A DNA stretch of 64,000 nucleotides from Candidatus Magasanikbacteria bacterium RIFOXYD1_FULL_40_23 (GCA_001783215.1 MFRA01000006.1:57968-121967); one strand, 5' to 3'. Shown: positions 29,801 through 38,571, counted from the stretch's first letter. Program-made: numbers and translations. Notes: generated by a model from the sequence alone, not told the origin.

Positions 29801-31908
29801 GTGGTGGAAATGGGCAGGCGGGGGGATATGGGGGAGGTTTAATTATATTTTCAGCATCAAGCACTATTACTATTAGTGGTAGAATCCAAGCCAATGGAAA
29901 TAGTACAACCGCCAGTGGCGGCGGTGGCGGCGGTGGTGCTATTAGATTAGATGCTCCTACTGTTGCTGGCACCCCTCAAAGTTTTACTGCCAACGGAGGA
30001 AATGGTGGCAGTACTGGTGGTGGCGGTGGTGGTGGTGGTGGATGTATATTTATACGATATAGTGTATCCAATAGTGTAACTAGTAGTAGAGCTACAAGCA
30101 CTTTCGGTACTGGCGGTACAGGCATAGATGGTGTGGCTGGTACATTTGAAACTTTGCAGGTAGTTGTAGTACCTACAGTTACTGCTATTTTTCCTGTTCA
30201 AACCTCTACCAATATTGTGGTGGTTACTACTACAATCGCTGACTCAGAGTTAAATATTACTTCTTTAGCGGTTCTTTATTCTACCGATGGCACCACTTGG
30301 GTATCATCTACAATTGTTAGCGTAAGTCAGGGTGGAGTGGGCGATGGTGTTACAACTTCAACAGGTTTAATTTCTGGGATTGATACCGATGGCTCCGGTT
30401 CTATTAATCTTACATTTGAGTGGAATGCTGGTGTAGATATTTCTAGCACCGAAGACACGACTGTGTATATAAAAATTACACCAAACAACGGCACTTCAAA
30501 TGGCACAGCTGTCTCTTCCACAGCTTTTGCTGCAGATACCAAAGCGCCAACTGCGCCTGGTAGTCTTACCTTATTTAACACTTCAACTCAATCGGCAACT
30601 TTTACTTTTGGTTCTACTTCAACCGATTCAAACTTTGTTCAGTATATTATTTTTTATAAAACCGGATCTTCAAGCGTGGCTATTACTGACACAGCTTTCG
30701 CATCATCTAGCAATTCTAATTTGGGTTTTATAAATTATAACAGTGCCACCAGTACTACGGTTTCGGGTCTAGCCACTTCAACTCAGTATGTTTTTAATAT
30801 TTGGGCTTTTGATGGTTTTAGTAATACTCCTGCAGCAACAGAATCATCTTTTTATACTTTGGCAACAGTCCCTTTGGCACCCACACTTTCTAATCCAGCA
30901 ACATCTACAATAGATGTAACTATCGCATCCGGTGATACTAATCCAGCTGGTGTCACATATGCTATTCAAGAAGCTAGCTCTTCTAGTTATGTACAGAGCA
31001 ATGGAAGTTTAAGTGGTGCTGCTGTCTGGCAGAGTATTTCTACTTGGGGCACAGAAACAGTTACTGGTTTAAACCCTAATACAGGATATTATTTTAGAGT
31101 AAAAGCTAGAAATGGAAATAATGTGGAGACAGGCACATCAACGCAAAGTGCAATAAAATACACTCTAGCTTCTGTTCCTTCGTCGGTTGTAGCTGCGGCA
31201 GATAGTCAAACCCAAATAACTTTATCGTGGACTAGAGATGCAACTTCGTCCTATGCAGAAAATGTAACCGCTAGCACAACTTCGAGCTGGATTTCCGACA
31301 CGTCGTATGCATTTACTGGTTTAACTTGCGCTACAACTTATTTATTTAGAGTTAAAGCGATAAATGGTGAAGGTGTGGAAACTTCTTTTTCATCATCTGT
31401 ATCGGCTCAAACCAGTGCCTGTTCTAGTGATGAAAGTTCTGGTAGTAATAGTGGTGGTGTGGCATATCCAGTCACGCTCTCTCCTCCTCCGGTAGTAGTT
31501 TTGCCAACCCTGCCTGTTGTTGAACCAGAGATTATTGAACCTGAATCAGAAATTGTATATCCAGCAACTCCTACCATAAAGAATGTTCCACCTATCAAAA
31601 ATATTCCACCAAAGGTTCAACCTCCAAAATTAAATCCGTCGGTAAGCACGCCACCGCAAGCGACTGCTACAAAAATTATCCCAAAGCAAACTAGCACTAA
31701 AGAAGATGTTAAGCCGCCAACGGTATCAATCCCTTTAGAAAAAAAAGACACGCTTATTTCTACAACCGATAAAGGAGTGATAAAAAATACTTCAACCAAG
31801 AAGATGGTTGATGATCGTAAGGGCGATTTTGTTAGTAGGATAAATTTGGTCGCTGATAGTTTGTACCTGGCAATTTTGCGATTTTTCAGTTGGTTAAAGT
31901 GGTGGTAG
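26833..31908 (+). CDS. giant (1691 aa) glycine-rich beta-helix-like surface protein with internal tandem repeats, FN3 domains and a Pro-rich stalk
   Basis: N-terminal signal/TM, then three ~370-aa tandem repeats rich in GGxGG and 'GQGYCD...IGSGG'. FN3-like modules follow ('TYLFRVKAINGEGVETS', 'GYYFRVKARNGNNVETG'). Pro-rich region 'PPKVQPPKLNP'. Confidence 0.75.
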   Translation: MVKIIRNSRSVFSKILFLVLFFVVTSFFSKYFFFKPLPAKGSWLATTTWIGTASTGNWHDPTKWDNGVPTSTMLAIIASSSAITITATTTIEFDTLRIGGGGGTASSTLILATNIGAGVDIDIKTMGKITQSSTAQQTISGTLLIEDGGRLTHSGNTTVQARSVNFRANTITVNSGGVIFASSLGYAGSAGGSGEPGQGPGAGQSSGVMAEGGGGGHGGSGADDGTSSGGQGYCDITNLNTIGSGGGGNSSWVGTAGGGLIILSATGTITINGSILADGGTGGSFSAGGGAGGGIKITADVIAGTPSKFSADGGDTSGVGGGGGCVFLGYTTSNTIIPTSSYFSVNGGDGDGASASLNGSGGMVLVKQDSANGNLYVLNDVLVPSVTQPSSTVPAITADFIYVSSTVFQITSTKTFTLVNSDPFSGNGRGEIRIYGSMVKSAGVFDNVNDVVLTIQSGGSVAVSSTFTASSSLSLYRGFVGITTNTFTNLVIQSGTTTVHNYSTSSVPLTVSNLTVNGGIFTHGVNSSTQDNILNVAATSNITVNAGGTISASGTGYIGGVVGNGLGQGPGGASSSQSNTGAGGAHGGNGGNNSASMAGQGYCDISDVTTIGSGGAGSVSARGGAGGGLIILSATGTITLDGVISANGGAANDSSSGGGGGGGIKITADIIAGTPSKFFAAGGSRSSGNIGGGGGGCVNIFYTTSNTISPTSSYFSISGGVGRGTGVDGSGGMALIKQVGVGNGGLYVLNGAMAASAITQPSSTVPAITADFIYVSSTVFQITSTKTFTLVNNDPFSGNGRGEIRVYGSMVKSSGAFEEINDIIFTIRSGGSISVSSTFTASSSLNLYRGFIGTASNTFTNFIIQSGTTTLYDYNTNTVPLFVTNLTMNSSSVFTNATNTTAQSHILYVAASSSITINVGARAVSNGLGYAGGAVNTVGSGPGFGSATSSKGGGGGAHGGNGGDGASSGGLGGTAYCNSTNPTTIGSGGGGGNGQAGGYGGGLIIFSASSTITISGRIQANGNSTTASGGGGGGGAIRLDAPTVAGTPQSFTANGGNGGSTGGGGGGGGGCIFIRYSVSNSVTSSRATSTFGTGGTGIDGVAGTFETLQVVVVPTVTAIFPVQTSTNIVVVTTTIADSELNITSLAVLYSTDGTTWVSSTIVSVSQGGVGDGVTTSTGLISGIDTDGSGSINLTFEWNAGVDISSTEDTTVYIKITPNNGTSNGTAVSSTAFAADTKAPTAPGSLTLFNTSTQSATFTFGSTSTDSNFVQYIIFYKTGSSSVAITDTAFASSSNSNLGFINYNSATSTTVSGLATSTQYVFNIWAFDGFSNTPAATESSFYTLATVPLAPTLSNPATSTIDVTIASGDTNPAGVTYAIQEASSSSYVQSNGSLSGAAVWQSISTWGTETVTGLNPNTGYYFRVKARNGNNVETGTSTQSAIKYTLASVPSSVVAAADSQTQITLSWTRDATSSYAENVTASTTSSWISDTSYAFTGLTCATTYLFRVKAINGEGVETSFSSSVSAQTSACSSDESSGSNSGGVAYPVTLSPPPVVVLPTLPVVEPEIIEPESEIVYPATPTIKNVPPIKNIPPKVQPPKLNPSVSTPPQATATKIIPKQTSTKEDVKPPTVSIPLEKKDTLISTTDKGVIKNTSTKKMVDDRKGDFVSRINLVADSLYLAILRFFSWLKWW
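27298..30140 (+). repeat. about 2.5 intragenic tandem repeats of ~1.11 kb inside the giant CDS
   Basis: Repeat units start near 27298, 28408 and 29527. Stretches such as 27990-28160 and 29105-29275 are about 95% identical at the nucleotide level. Confidence 0.85.
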
Positions 31909-32090
31909 ACTTTTTTGTGTTAGTTAGTTGGTTTGTTAGCTAGTGGACGGACAATTGATAGTTTTTCTGATTTTGGTTATAGTGTTGTAGTAATATTATC
32001 GTATATCAGATAGGGGCTTCGCCACATATATTCTCATTCGCTCGAAAATAATTAAAAAGAGTTTAATTATTTTGCTCACTCATTTCGATT

Positions 32091-32783
32091 ATGAAATTCG
32101 ATATCCTTACAATCTTCCCAAAGTTTTTTGAAAGCTTTAAAACAGAAGCTTTAATTTTACGCGCACAAAAAAAGGAATTAGTTGAAATCAATATTCATAA
32201 CCTGCGCGATTATGCCGATGATGCGCGTGGTACAGTAGATGATAGGCCATACGGCGGTGGGGCTGGAATGGTGCTTATGTTCCCGCCAATTTATAAAGCC
32301 ATAGAAAAAATAAAATCAAAGATAAAAGGAAAAAGTAAAAAAACCAAAATAATTGTTTTTAACCCAAAAGGAAATAAATTTACTCAAGCCATGGCGCGCG
32401 AGTGGTCTAAGTTAGATAGAGTAGTTATGGTTTGTGGTCGCTACGAAGGTATAGATGAGCGAGTTATGACAGAGCTCGCCGATGAAGAAATATCTATCGG
32501 AGATTATGTTTTGTTTGGCGGTGAAGTGCCTGCCATGGTAGTTATGGAAGCAGTTACCAGACTGATACCTGGCGCTATTGGTAAACAAGAATCACTTAAA
32601 GACGAATCGTTTAATGATGCGGGAGAAATGGGTAGGGAACAGTTAACAAAATTTATTGAGTATCCTCATTATACTAGACCGGAGGTTGTGGTTGTAAAGA
32701 AGAAGAAAGTAAAAGTTCCGGAAGTTTTGCTTTCCGGTGATCATAAAAAAATAGAAGAGTGGCGAAGAGAGCAGAGTAAGTAA
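32091..32783 (+). CDS. trmD: tRNA (guanine37-N1)-methyltransferase
   Basis: Classic 'MKFDILTIFP' start and the SPOUT-knot region 'SIGDYVLFGGEVPAMVV'. Confidence 0.88.
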   Translation: MKFDILTIFPKFFESFKTEALILRAQKKELVEINIHNLRDYADDARGTVDDRPYGGGAGMVLMFPPIYKAIEKIKSKIKGKSKKTKIIVFNPKGNKFTQAMAREWSKLDRVVMVCGRYEGIDERVMTELADEEISIGDYVLFGGEVPAMVVMEAVTRLIPGAIGKQESLKDESFNDAGEMGREQLTKFIEYPHYTRPEVVVVKKKKVKVPEVLLSGDHKKIEEWRREQSK

Positions 32784-32826
32784 AAAGGTCTATAAAAATA
32801 TGTGCTTTGCTGCATATTTTCTTCGT

Positions 32827-32945
32827 TCGTTCGGAAATGAAAATTGATTTTCATTTCACTCACTTTACTTGAAAATACTTGGGTATTTTCGGCGTGCGTT
32901 CGGAAGTAAAAATAAATTTTCACTTCCCTCACTTTACTTGAAAAT
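32827..32945 (+). repeat. two tandem copies (~69-nt period) of a hairpin-containing element downstream of trmD
   Basis: cgttcggaaatgaaaattgattttcatttcactcactttacttgaaaata compared with cgttcggaagtaaaaataaattttcacttccctcactttacttgaaaata. Each copy holds a 11-12 bp inverted repeat with one compensatory change. Confidence 0.7.
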
Positions 32946-32950
32946 AATTT

Positions 32951-32980
32951 GCCCCCGTGCACGCGTTGCGTGCCGGGGGC
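32951..32980. terminator. GC-rich hairpin (gcccccgtgcacgc-gtt-gcgtgccgggggc), probably the terminator of the minus-strand NUDIX gene
   Basis: Perfect 13-bp GC stem immediately 3' of the NUDIX stop. Confidence 0.5.
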
Positions 32981-32986
32981 AATTGT

Positions 32987-33640
32987 TCAGCGAGCAATCT
33001 TGAGGCCGAGATGGCTCAGGGCTCGTATCGTGGTGGTGACGGCCGAAGGTTCGGAGATCGAACCATTCATCACCATCTCGAGCCATTGCTCGAGTGAGAC
33101 AAGCCGAGTCTCGATGTCTTCGTTCTCGTCCAGCTTGGCGGGTCCGACCTTCTTGCAGCCGGTTGCCAGGAAGCAGTGGAAGCGGGTGGGTGAGCTACGA
33201 GTGCTAATCCAGCCGAAGCCCAGATAGACCATGAGCTCGGGTACGTAGCCAGTCTCATCGCGTAGTTCGCGACGCATCACCTCTTCGGGAGATTCGCCAA
33301 ACTCCGCAGTTCCTGCCGGTAACTCGTCATCGACGGCATTGCGTCCCTGCTTGAACTCAGACACCACCAGCACCTGCCCGTCGCTGGTGATGGCAAGGCA
33401 GACGGACCAGTCGCGTTGGGCGAACTGCACGTAGTCTTGGATCTTGCCCGACTTCGGGTTAAGGAACTGTTTGACGATGAGCTTCTTGCCGAACTTGCCG
33501 GCCAGAGTCACATCTTCGCCGACTTGTTTCCAGGGCACGATTGCCATTGTGCTCTCCAGTTTGCGTGAGGGTTGGCTGCTTTCAGTGAGTGCAAAGCGCT
33601 CGCGCCGAAAGACCCTGCACAATATCATAAAAACCGTCAT
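32987..33640 (-). CDS. NUDIX hydrolase (high-GC, compositionally foreign)
   Basis: Nudix box 'GTAEFGESPEEVMRRELRDETG'. About 60% GC against ~37% locally. The true start may be the internal Met ('MAIVPWK', ~33547). Confidence 0.7.
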   Translation of the reverse strand: MTVFMILCRVFRRERFALTESSQPSRKLESTMAIVPWKQVGEDVTLAGKFGKKLIVKQFLNPKSGKIQDYVQFAQRDWSVCLAITSDGQVLVVSEFKQGRNAVDDELPAGTAEFGESPEEVMRRELRDETGYVPELMVYLGFGWISTRSSPTRFHCFLATGCKKVGPAKLDENEDIETRLVSLEQWLEMVMNGSISEPSAVTTTIRALSHLGLKIAR

Positions 33641-33697
33641 TCGTCAACCGTTAAAAAGTAATATGTTTTATCCCCAATTTGGCCACAGCCATAGCCC

Positions 33698-33726
33698 TTG
33701 ACGGATATTTGGACTTGTGTTAATAT
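33698..33726 (+). promoter_or_regulatory. candidate sigma70-type promoter upstream of the 16S rRNA
   Basis: TTGACG, a 17-nt spacer, then TAATAT. Sits about 390 nt upstream of the mature 16S 5' end. Confidence 0.45.
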
Positions 33727-34113
33727 TTAGACACTTAAAAACTAAGTAAAAAACCTGCAAATAAAGCACCTCAAAAATTAATTAACTTTGGCAAGTCTCA
33801 ACGCGAGAAACTACCAGTGCTACAACCTACAAATTTTTTTGTAGAGTAGCCGAGAGAAAAGAGCAATCAAGATTTGATTTCTCTTTTTTCTTTCTAGTCA
33901 GGTAACTGGAAAGAAAAAAGTTTTCCAAATGTAAAAATATTGGAAAAGTACATTGACAACACAAATGTGACAAAGACCACAAAAAAAGTCTATCCGAAAA
34001 AACTCGGGTTATTCCGAGTATAAATAATAAATAAATCCAAAAATGATAACTTGTTCATCAGCCCTTGCAGCTTCGGCTGTGTAGGGTGAACAAAAATCAA
34101 TACTCTTTTTTTA

Positions 34114-35732
<1,619 letters not shown>

Positions 35733-35964
35733 GGAGAAACTCAATCGAAAGATTGTGACTCTGTCGAGCCTGGCAACGCAAGTTGCAGAGGCGCTTGCGA
35801 TAAACTTCGGTTTATCAAAAGTTCTGAAAGGATAGAAAAATCTTTGTGTAATCTTTGTCACATTTGTGAAGTCAATGCAAGAAACTGCTTATGGCAGTTT
35901 TTTTGTTTTTGTTTGCATTGACCCTCAGTTGATTTTTTGTTATATATATTGTAAGGAGAGCGTC

Positions 35965-36189
35965 ATGTATTCATCAGATCCGCAACTCAAGTTTAATCTT
36001 TGGTCAGTGCAAATGTCTGAGCAGATGGAGCTTAATCATGTTCCTTTTACTTGGATGGAGCGATTTATAATGGGCGACGCTAAAGTTGATGCCTTTCTCA
36101 AGGCACAACGAAAGCGTTTACGCAAAAATAAACAACAACGCGAGAGAAGAAAAGCGCAAAAGAAGCTGCAAAAGAGGAGGGTCAGGTAA
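35965..36189 (+). CDS. small hypothetical protein with a highly basic C-terminus
   Basis: Strong SD (AAGGAGagcgtcATG). 74 aa ending 'RKRLRKNKQQRERRKAQKKLQKRRVR'. Translationally coupled (TAATG) to the next ORF. Confidence 0.5.
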   Translation: MYSSDPQLKFNLWSVQMSEQMELNHVPFTWMERFIMGDAKVDAFLKAQRKRLRKNKQQRERRKAQKKLQKRRVR

Positions 36190-36515
36190 TGGATAAGGAT
36201 GACCACGAGGAGCGAGATTTAGATCTTGTAGATCCTAAATTTGAAGCGCGGTTTCAAAAGGTGTTGGATGGCATACCGCCAACACCAAAGAAAGGTGACA
36301 AAATTCCTCTCAAGCAAGTTGCTGAGAGTGTGGCGCGTGTCTTGCGCGGGGATTGCTCTAATCGTGAAGTGTCGGAAGAAGAATTGCAAAACGCGCTTGA
36401 ATGGATGGGTGAGCGTGAAGAAGAGCGCAAGCAAGAACAGGTTGTGTTGTTGGTTCAAGTTGTAGGATTGGTGGTGTTTGTTGTTGCGGTGTTGTACGTT
36501 ATTTTTACAGTATAG
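36189..36515 (+). CDS. hypothetical tail-anchored membrane protein
   Basis: Acidic and charged N-terminal region with a single C-terminal TM 'VVLLVQVVGLVVFVVAVLYVIF'. ATG overlaps the upstream stop. Confidence 0.5.
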   Translation: MDKDDHEERDLDLVDPKFEARFQKVLDGIPPTPKKGDKIPLKQVAESVARVLRGDCSNREVSEEELQNALEWMGEREEERKQEQVVLLVQVVGLVVFVVAVLYVIFTV

Positions 36516-36555
36516 CTTTCCAAGGCTTGGGAGCTAAATGTAAAAGTTTATAATT

Positions 36556-36625
36556 TCTAGCCACGAGGATGTAAAATTCGTGGCCTATACAAAAACAATC
36601 TTATAACCTAAGGTTGTTTTTGTTT
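36556..36625 (+). repeat. structured hairpin + 'ctatacaaaaacaatcttataa' + terminator-like element (copy 1)
   Basis: ccacgaggatgtaaaattcgtggcctatacaaaaacaatcttataacctaaggttgtttttg. Confidence 0.6.
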
Positions 36626-36668
36626 TATTTTGCCGCTGTGATATTATAAATTTAGGAGGCAACAAACC

Positions 36669-36860
36669 ATGCGAAAAAGAAGGCGAAAGCTAGTAGCAGG
36701 TAGTGTGCTCTCTGTCGAAGTAGTCGCTCGGAAATTAGGGCCTGCTTTCTTAGATCTTTCTCTTCAGTCAGTCCGTGATGGTCTGGATGAGCAGGAGATG
36801 CAGTTGCTAGTAGCAATTGGTATTAAGTTTGATACGTCAAACTCCATTCTCAGAAATTGA
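36669..36860 (+). CDS. small hypothetical protein
   Basis: Strong SD (ttAGGAGGcaacaaaccATG). 63 aa, basic N-terminus. Confidence 0.45.
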   Translation: MRKRRRKLVAGSVLSVEVVARKLGPAFLDLSLQSVRDGLDEQEMQLLVAIGIKFDTSNSILRN

Positions 36861-36872
36861 GGTTCTATTACA

Positions 36873-36950
36873 AACTTGCCGCGAGGTGCTTATAGGTATT
36901 TCGCGGCCTATACAAAAACAATCTTATAAATTAAGGTTGTTTTTTAATTA
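36873..36950 (+). repeat. structured hairpin + 'ctatacaaaaacaatcttataa' + terminator-like element (copy 2)
   Basis: gccgcgaggtgcttataggtatttcgcggcctatacaaaaacaatcttataaattaaggttgtttttt. The stem differs from copy 1 by compensatory changes (ccacga/tcgtgg versus gccgcga/tcgcggc). Confidence 0.6.
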
Positions 36951-37083
36951 AACAAAGTCGGGCTGCATATTATTGAAACGCAGCGTGGTAAGTATTGACA
37001 AGTCGCATATTTTATGGTTGTGTGGCTATACACAATCACAAAAAAATTTCACTTGTTCCCAGTTGGGAGCGAGAGGGGGTTCA

Positions 37084-37809
37084 ATGACAAAACGAACGTT
37101 GTCAATGTTAGCAGTAGTAGTACTGCTACAGATGTTTTTTGCTCAATCCGCCACCGCCGATGATAAGAGTTTGAAGGTGGAGGAGGAGGTAAAAGACTAT
37201 AAGTGGGCATATTTTGTCGCTTTGCCGGGCTATTATTTTGGGGTGGAGATTCCGTTCCACGAAAGTATGCATGGACTTGCGGCGGCGTTTAACTCGAATT
37301 ACGATGTTGTCGAGTTTAAGCCGTATATGCATTATGACTACAATCAGAATAGGTTTCTCTTTGGTAGTGTGGTCATGGAATGTGAAAAATCGTGCTCTGA
37401 TAAAGTTGGTTTAGGCAAGATAGCTCTTGCGCCTTCCGTTATGACGTCAACACTTTTCATTACATCGGACGTGTTGCTTGCCACCAACGCGGTAGAGCCA
37501 ACCAGTGTTTCTGGTAGGGTTATGTATTTTGCTGGAATGGTTGCTCCTTGGTTAGACTTCACTTACAACACTTTTTGGGCAACAGATATTTCCGATAATG
37601 CAAAGGTCGCCGAAGGTTTTGGGATGTCGCGTTCGTCTGTGGTGGCTGGTGGCGCGCTTATTTCGGCAGTGGGAGCCTGGAGAATTTGGAGTGGGTACAA
37701 GAGAGCTTTTCCCAAAAATATTCGCGCAAAGGCCAAGGAGTCAAACGTGCTTGTCGTTCCTATGGGTGGAGCAGAAACGGTTGGAGTATCGCTCCACGTA
37801 ACATTCTAG
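37084..37809 (+). CDS. secreted HExxH-motif protein (putative zinc metallopeptidase-like)
   Basis: SD 'agggggttcaATG'. Signal peptide 'MTKRTLSMLAVVVLLQMFFAQSATA'. HExxH in 'FHESMHGLAAAF'. The ORF track begins at 36973 but the signal peptide argues for a start at 37084. Confidence 0.5.
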   Translation: MTKRTLSMLAVVVLLQMFFAQSATADDKSLKVEEEVKDYKWAYFVALPGYYFGVEIPFHESMHGLAAAFNSNYDVVEFKPYMHYDYNQNRFLFGSVVMECEKSCSDKVGLGKIALAPSVMTSTLFITSDVLLATNAVEPTSVSGRVMYFAGMVAPWLDFTYNTFWATDISDNAKVAEGFGMSRSSVVAGGALISAVGAWRIWSGYKRAFPKNIRAKAKESNVLVVPMGGAETVGVSLHVTF

Positions 37810-38000
37810 GCAATTTGCAAGGTTCGTATAATCCGGTTTTTCTCCAAGGAGATAGCCGGATATTTTTTATTTATCAATTCGTTCTCAAGAATTATAAAAA
37901 CCAGAGGGCGTTATTTAGGTGTAATTTAGTTAATCAAATAACAACCGCCCCACAGGATGGAGCGGCAAATAGGCGCAATGCCTTAAAGTAAGGAGCTGTG

Positions 38001-38189
38001 TTATTGAAGTTTCTTGCAATCCTTGTCGCCCTGCGAGCCGCTTCCATTGCCACCATCGACGGCGCCAAAGCTTATTGCGTTTGGTGTTGTAGCTCCTTGG
38101 CGACAAAGAGTGCCGCCACCTCTGCCACAGGCGGTGGCAAACACGGATAGGCACAACAGAATCAAAACACCCCTCATCGTTCGGTTCAT
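38001..38189 (-). CDS. small putative lipoprotein / secreted peptide
   Basis: 62 aa. 'MNRTMRGVLILLCLSVFATAC' signal followed by Cys (lipobox-like), then a Gly-rich tail. Confidence 0.3.
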   Translation of the reverse strand: MNRTMRGVLILLCLSVFATACGRGGGTLCRQGATTPNAISFGAVDGGNGSGSQGDKDCKKLQ

Positions 38190-38301
38190 AAGCGTTCTAC
38201 CTCCTGATTTTTATCGTAGCACGCCAGTTAGATAAGGGCAAACCATACCCCTTGATTTATTAGTTTATTTTTGTTACACTTCACTTCGTAAATTAAAAAA
38301 A

Positions 38302-38395
38302 GGCATGTAGCTCAGTTGGTTACCCGCCCGACTGAACGACTTCAGTCGTTCGGGCGGGGAGCGCGGTCGCCTAGGCGACTAATGACGAGTCATTG
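38302..38395 (+). pseudogene. decayed tRNA-Ile-like remnant interrupted by a 36-nt GC-rich hairpin
   Basis: GGCATGTAGCTCAGTTGGTTA matches the 5' third of the adjacent tRNA-Ile. It is followed by cccgcccgactgaacgacttcagtcgttcgggcggg and then a degenerate anticodon-arm-like 'gagcgcggtc...actaatgacgagtc'. No T-arm or acceptor 3' strand. Confidence 0.55.
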
Positions 38396-38414
38396 AAAAA
38401 TGTAGGTAAAAAAA

Positions 38415-38488
38415 GGGCATGTAGCTCAGTTGGTTAGAGCGCGTCACTGATAATGACGAGGTCCCAAGTTCAACTCTTGGCATGCCCA
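38415..38488 (+). tRNA. tRNA-Ile (anticodon GAU)
   Basis: GGGCATGTAGCTCAGTTGGTTAGAGCGCGTCACTGATAATGACGAGGTCCCAAGTTCAACTCTTGGCATGCCCA: canonical Ile(GAT) sequence and cloverleaf. Confidence 0.92.
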
Positions 38489-38497
38489 CACGAAAGG

Positions 38498-38571
38498 GGG
38501 TTCGTAGCTCAGTTGGTTAGAGCGTCGCATTGACATTGCGAAGGTCAGCCGTTCAAGTCGGCTCGGACCCA
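38498..38571 (+). tRNA. tRNA-Val (anticodon GAC)
   Basis: Acceptor GGGTTCG/CGGACCC, anticodon arm TCGCA-TTGACAT-TGCGA, T-arm AGCCG-TTCAAGT-CGGCT, discriminator A. Confidence 0.8.

Noticed and set aside
27522-29972. Pro-rich antisense ORFs (PPPAPPP...) inside the giant gene
   Set aside because: They are reverse complements of GGN-rich glycine codons in the + strand CDS. A frame artefact.
32949-33258. Overlapping ORFs 32949-33227(+) and 33070-33258(-) in the high-GC segment
   Set aside because: High GC inflates random ORF length. The NUDIX frame on the minus strand carries a complete Nudix box and explains the region.
36973-37083. N-terminal 37 codons of the ORF-track call for the HExxH protein
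   Set aside because: A good SD and a canonical signal peptide begin at 37084. The upstream residues look non-coding.
38014-38235. Plus-strand ORF overlapping the small minus-strand lipoprotein-like ORF
   Set aside because: No SD and an implausible composition. The minus-strand ORF has the signal-peptide-like N-terminus, although it too is low confidence.
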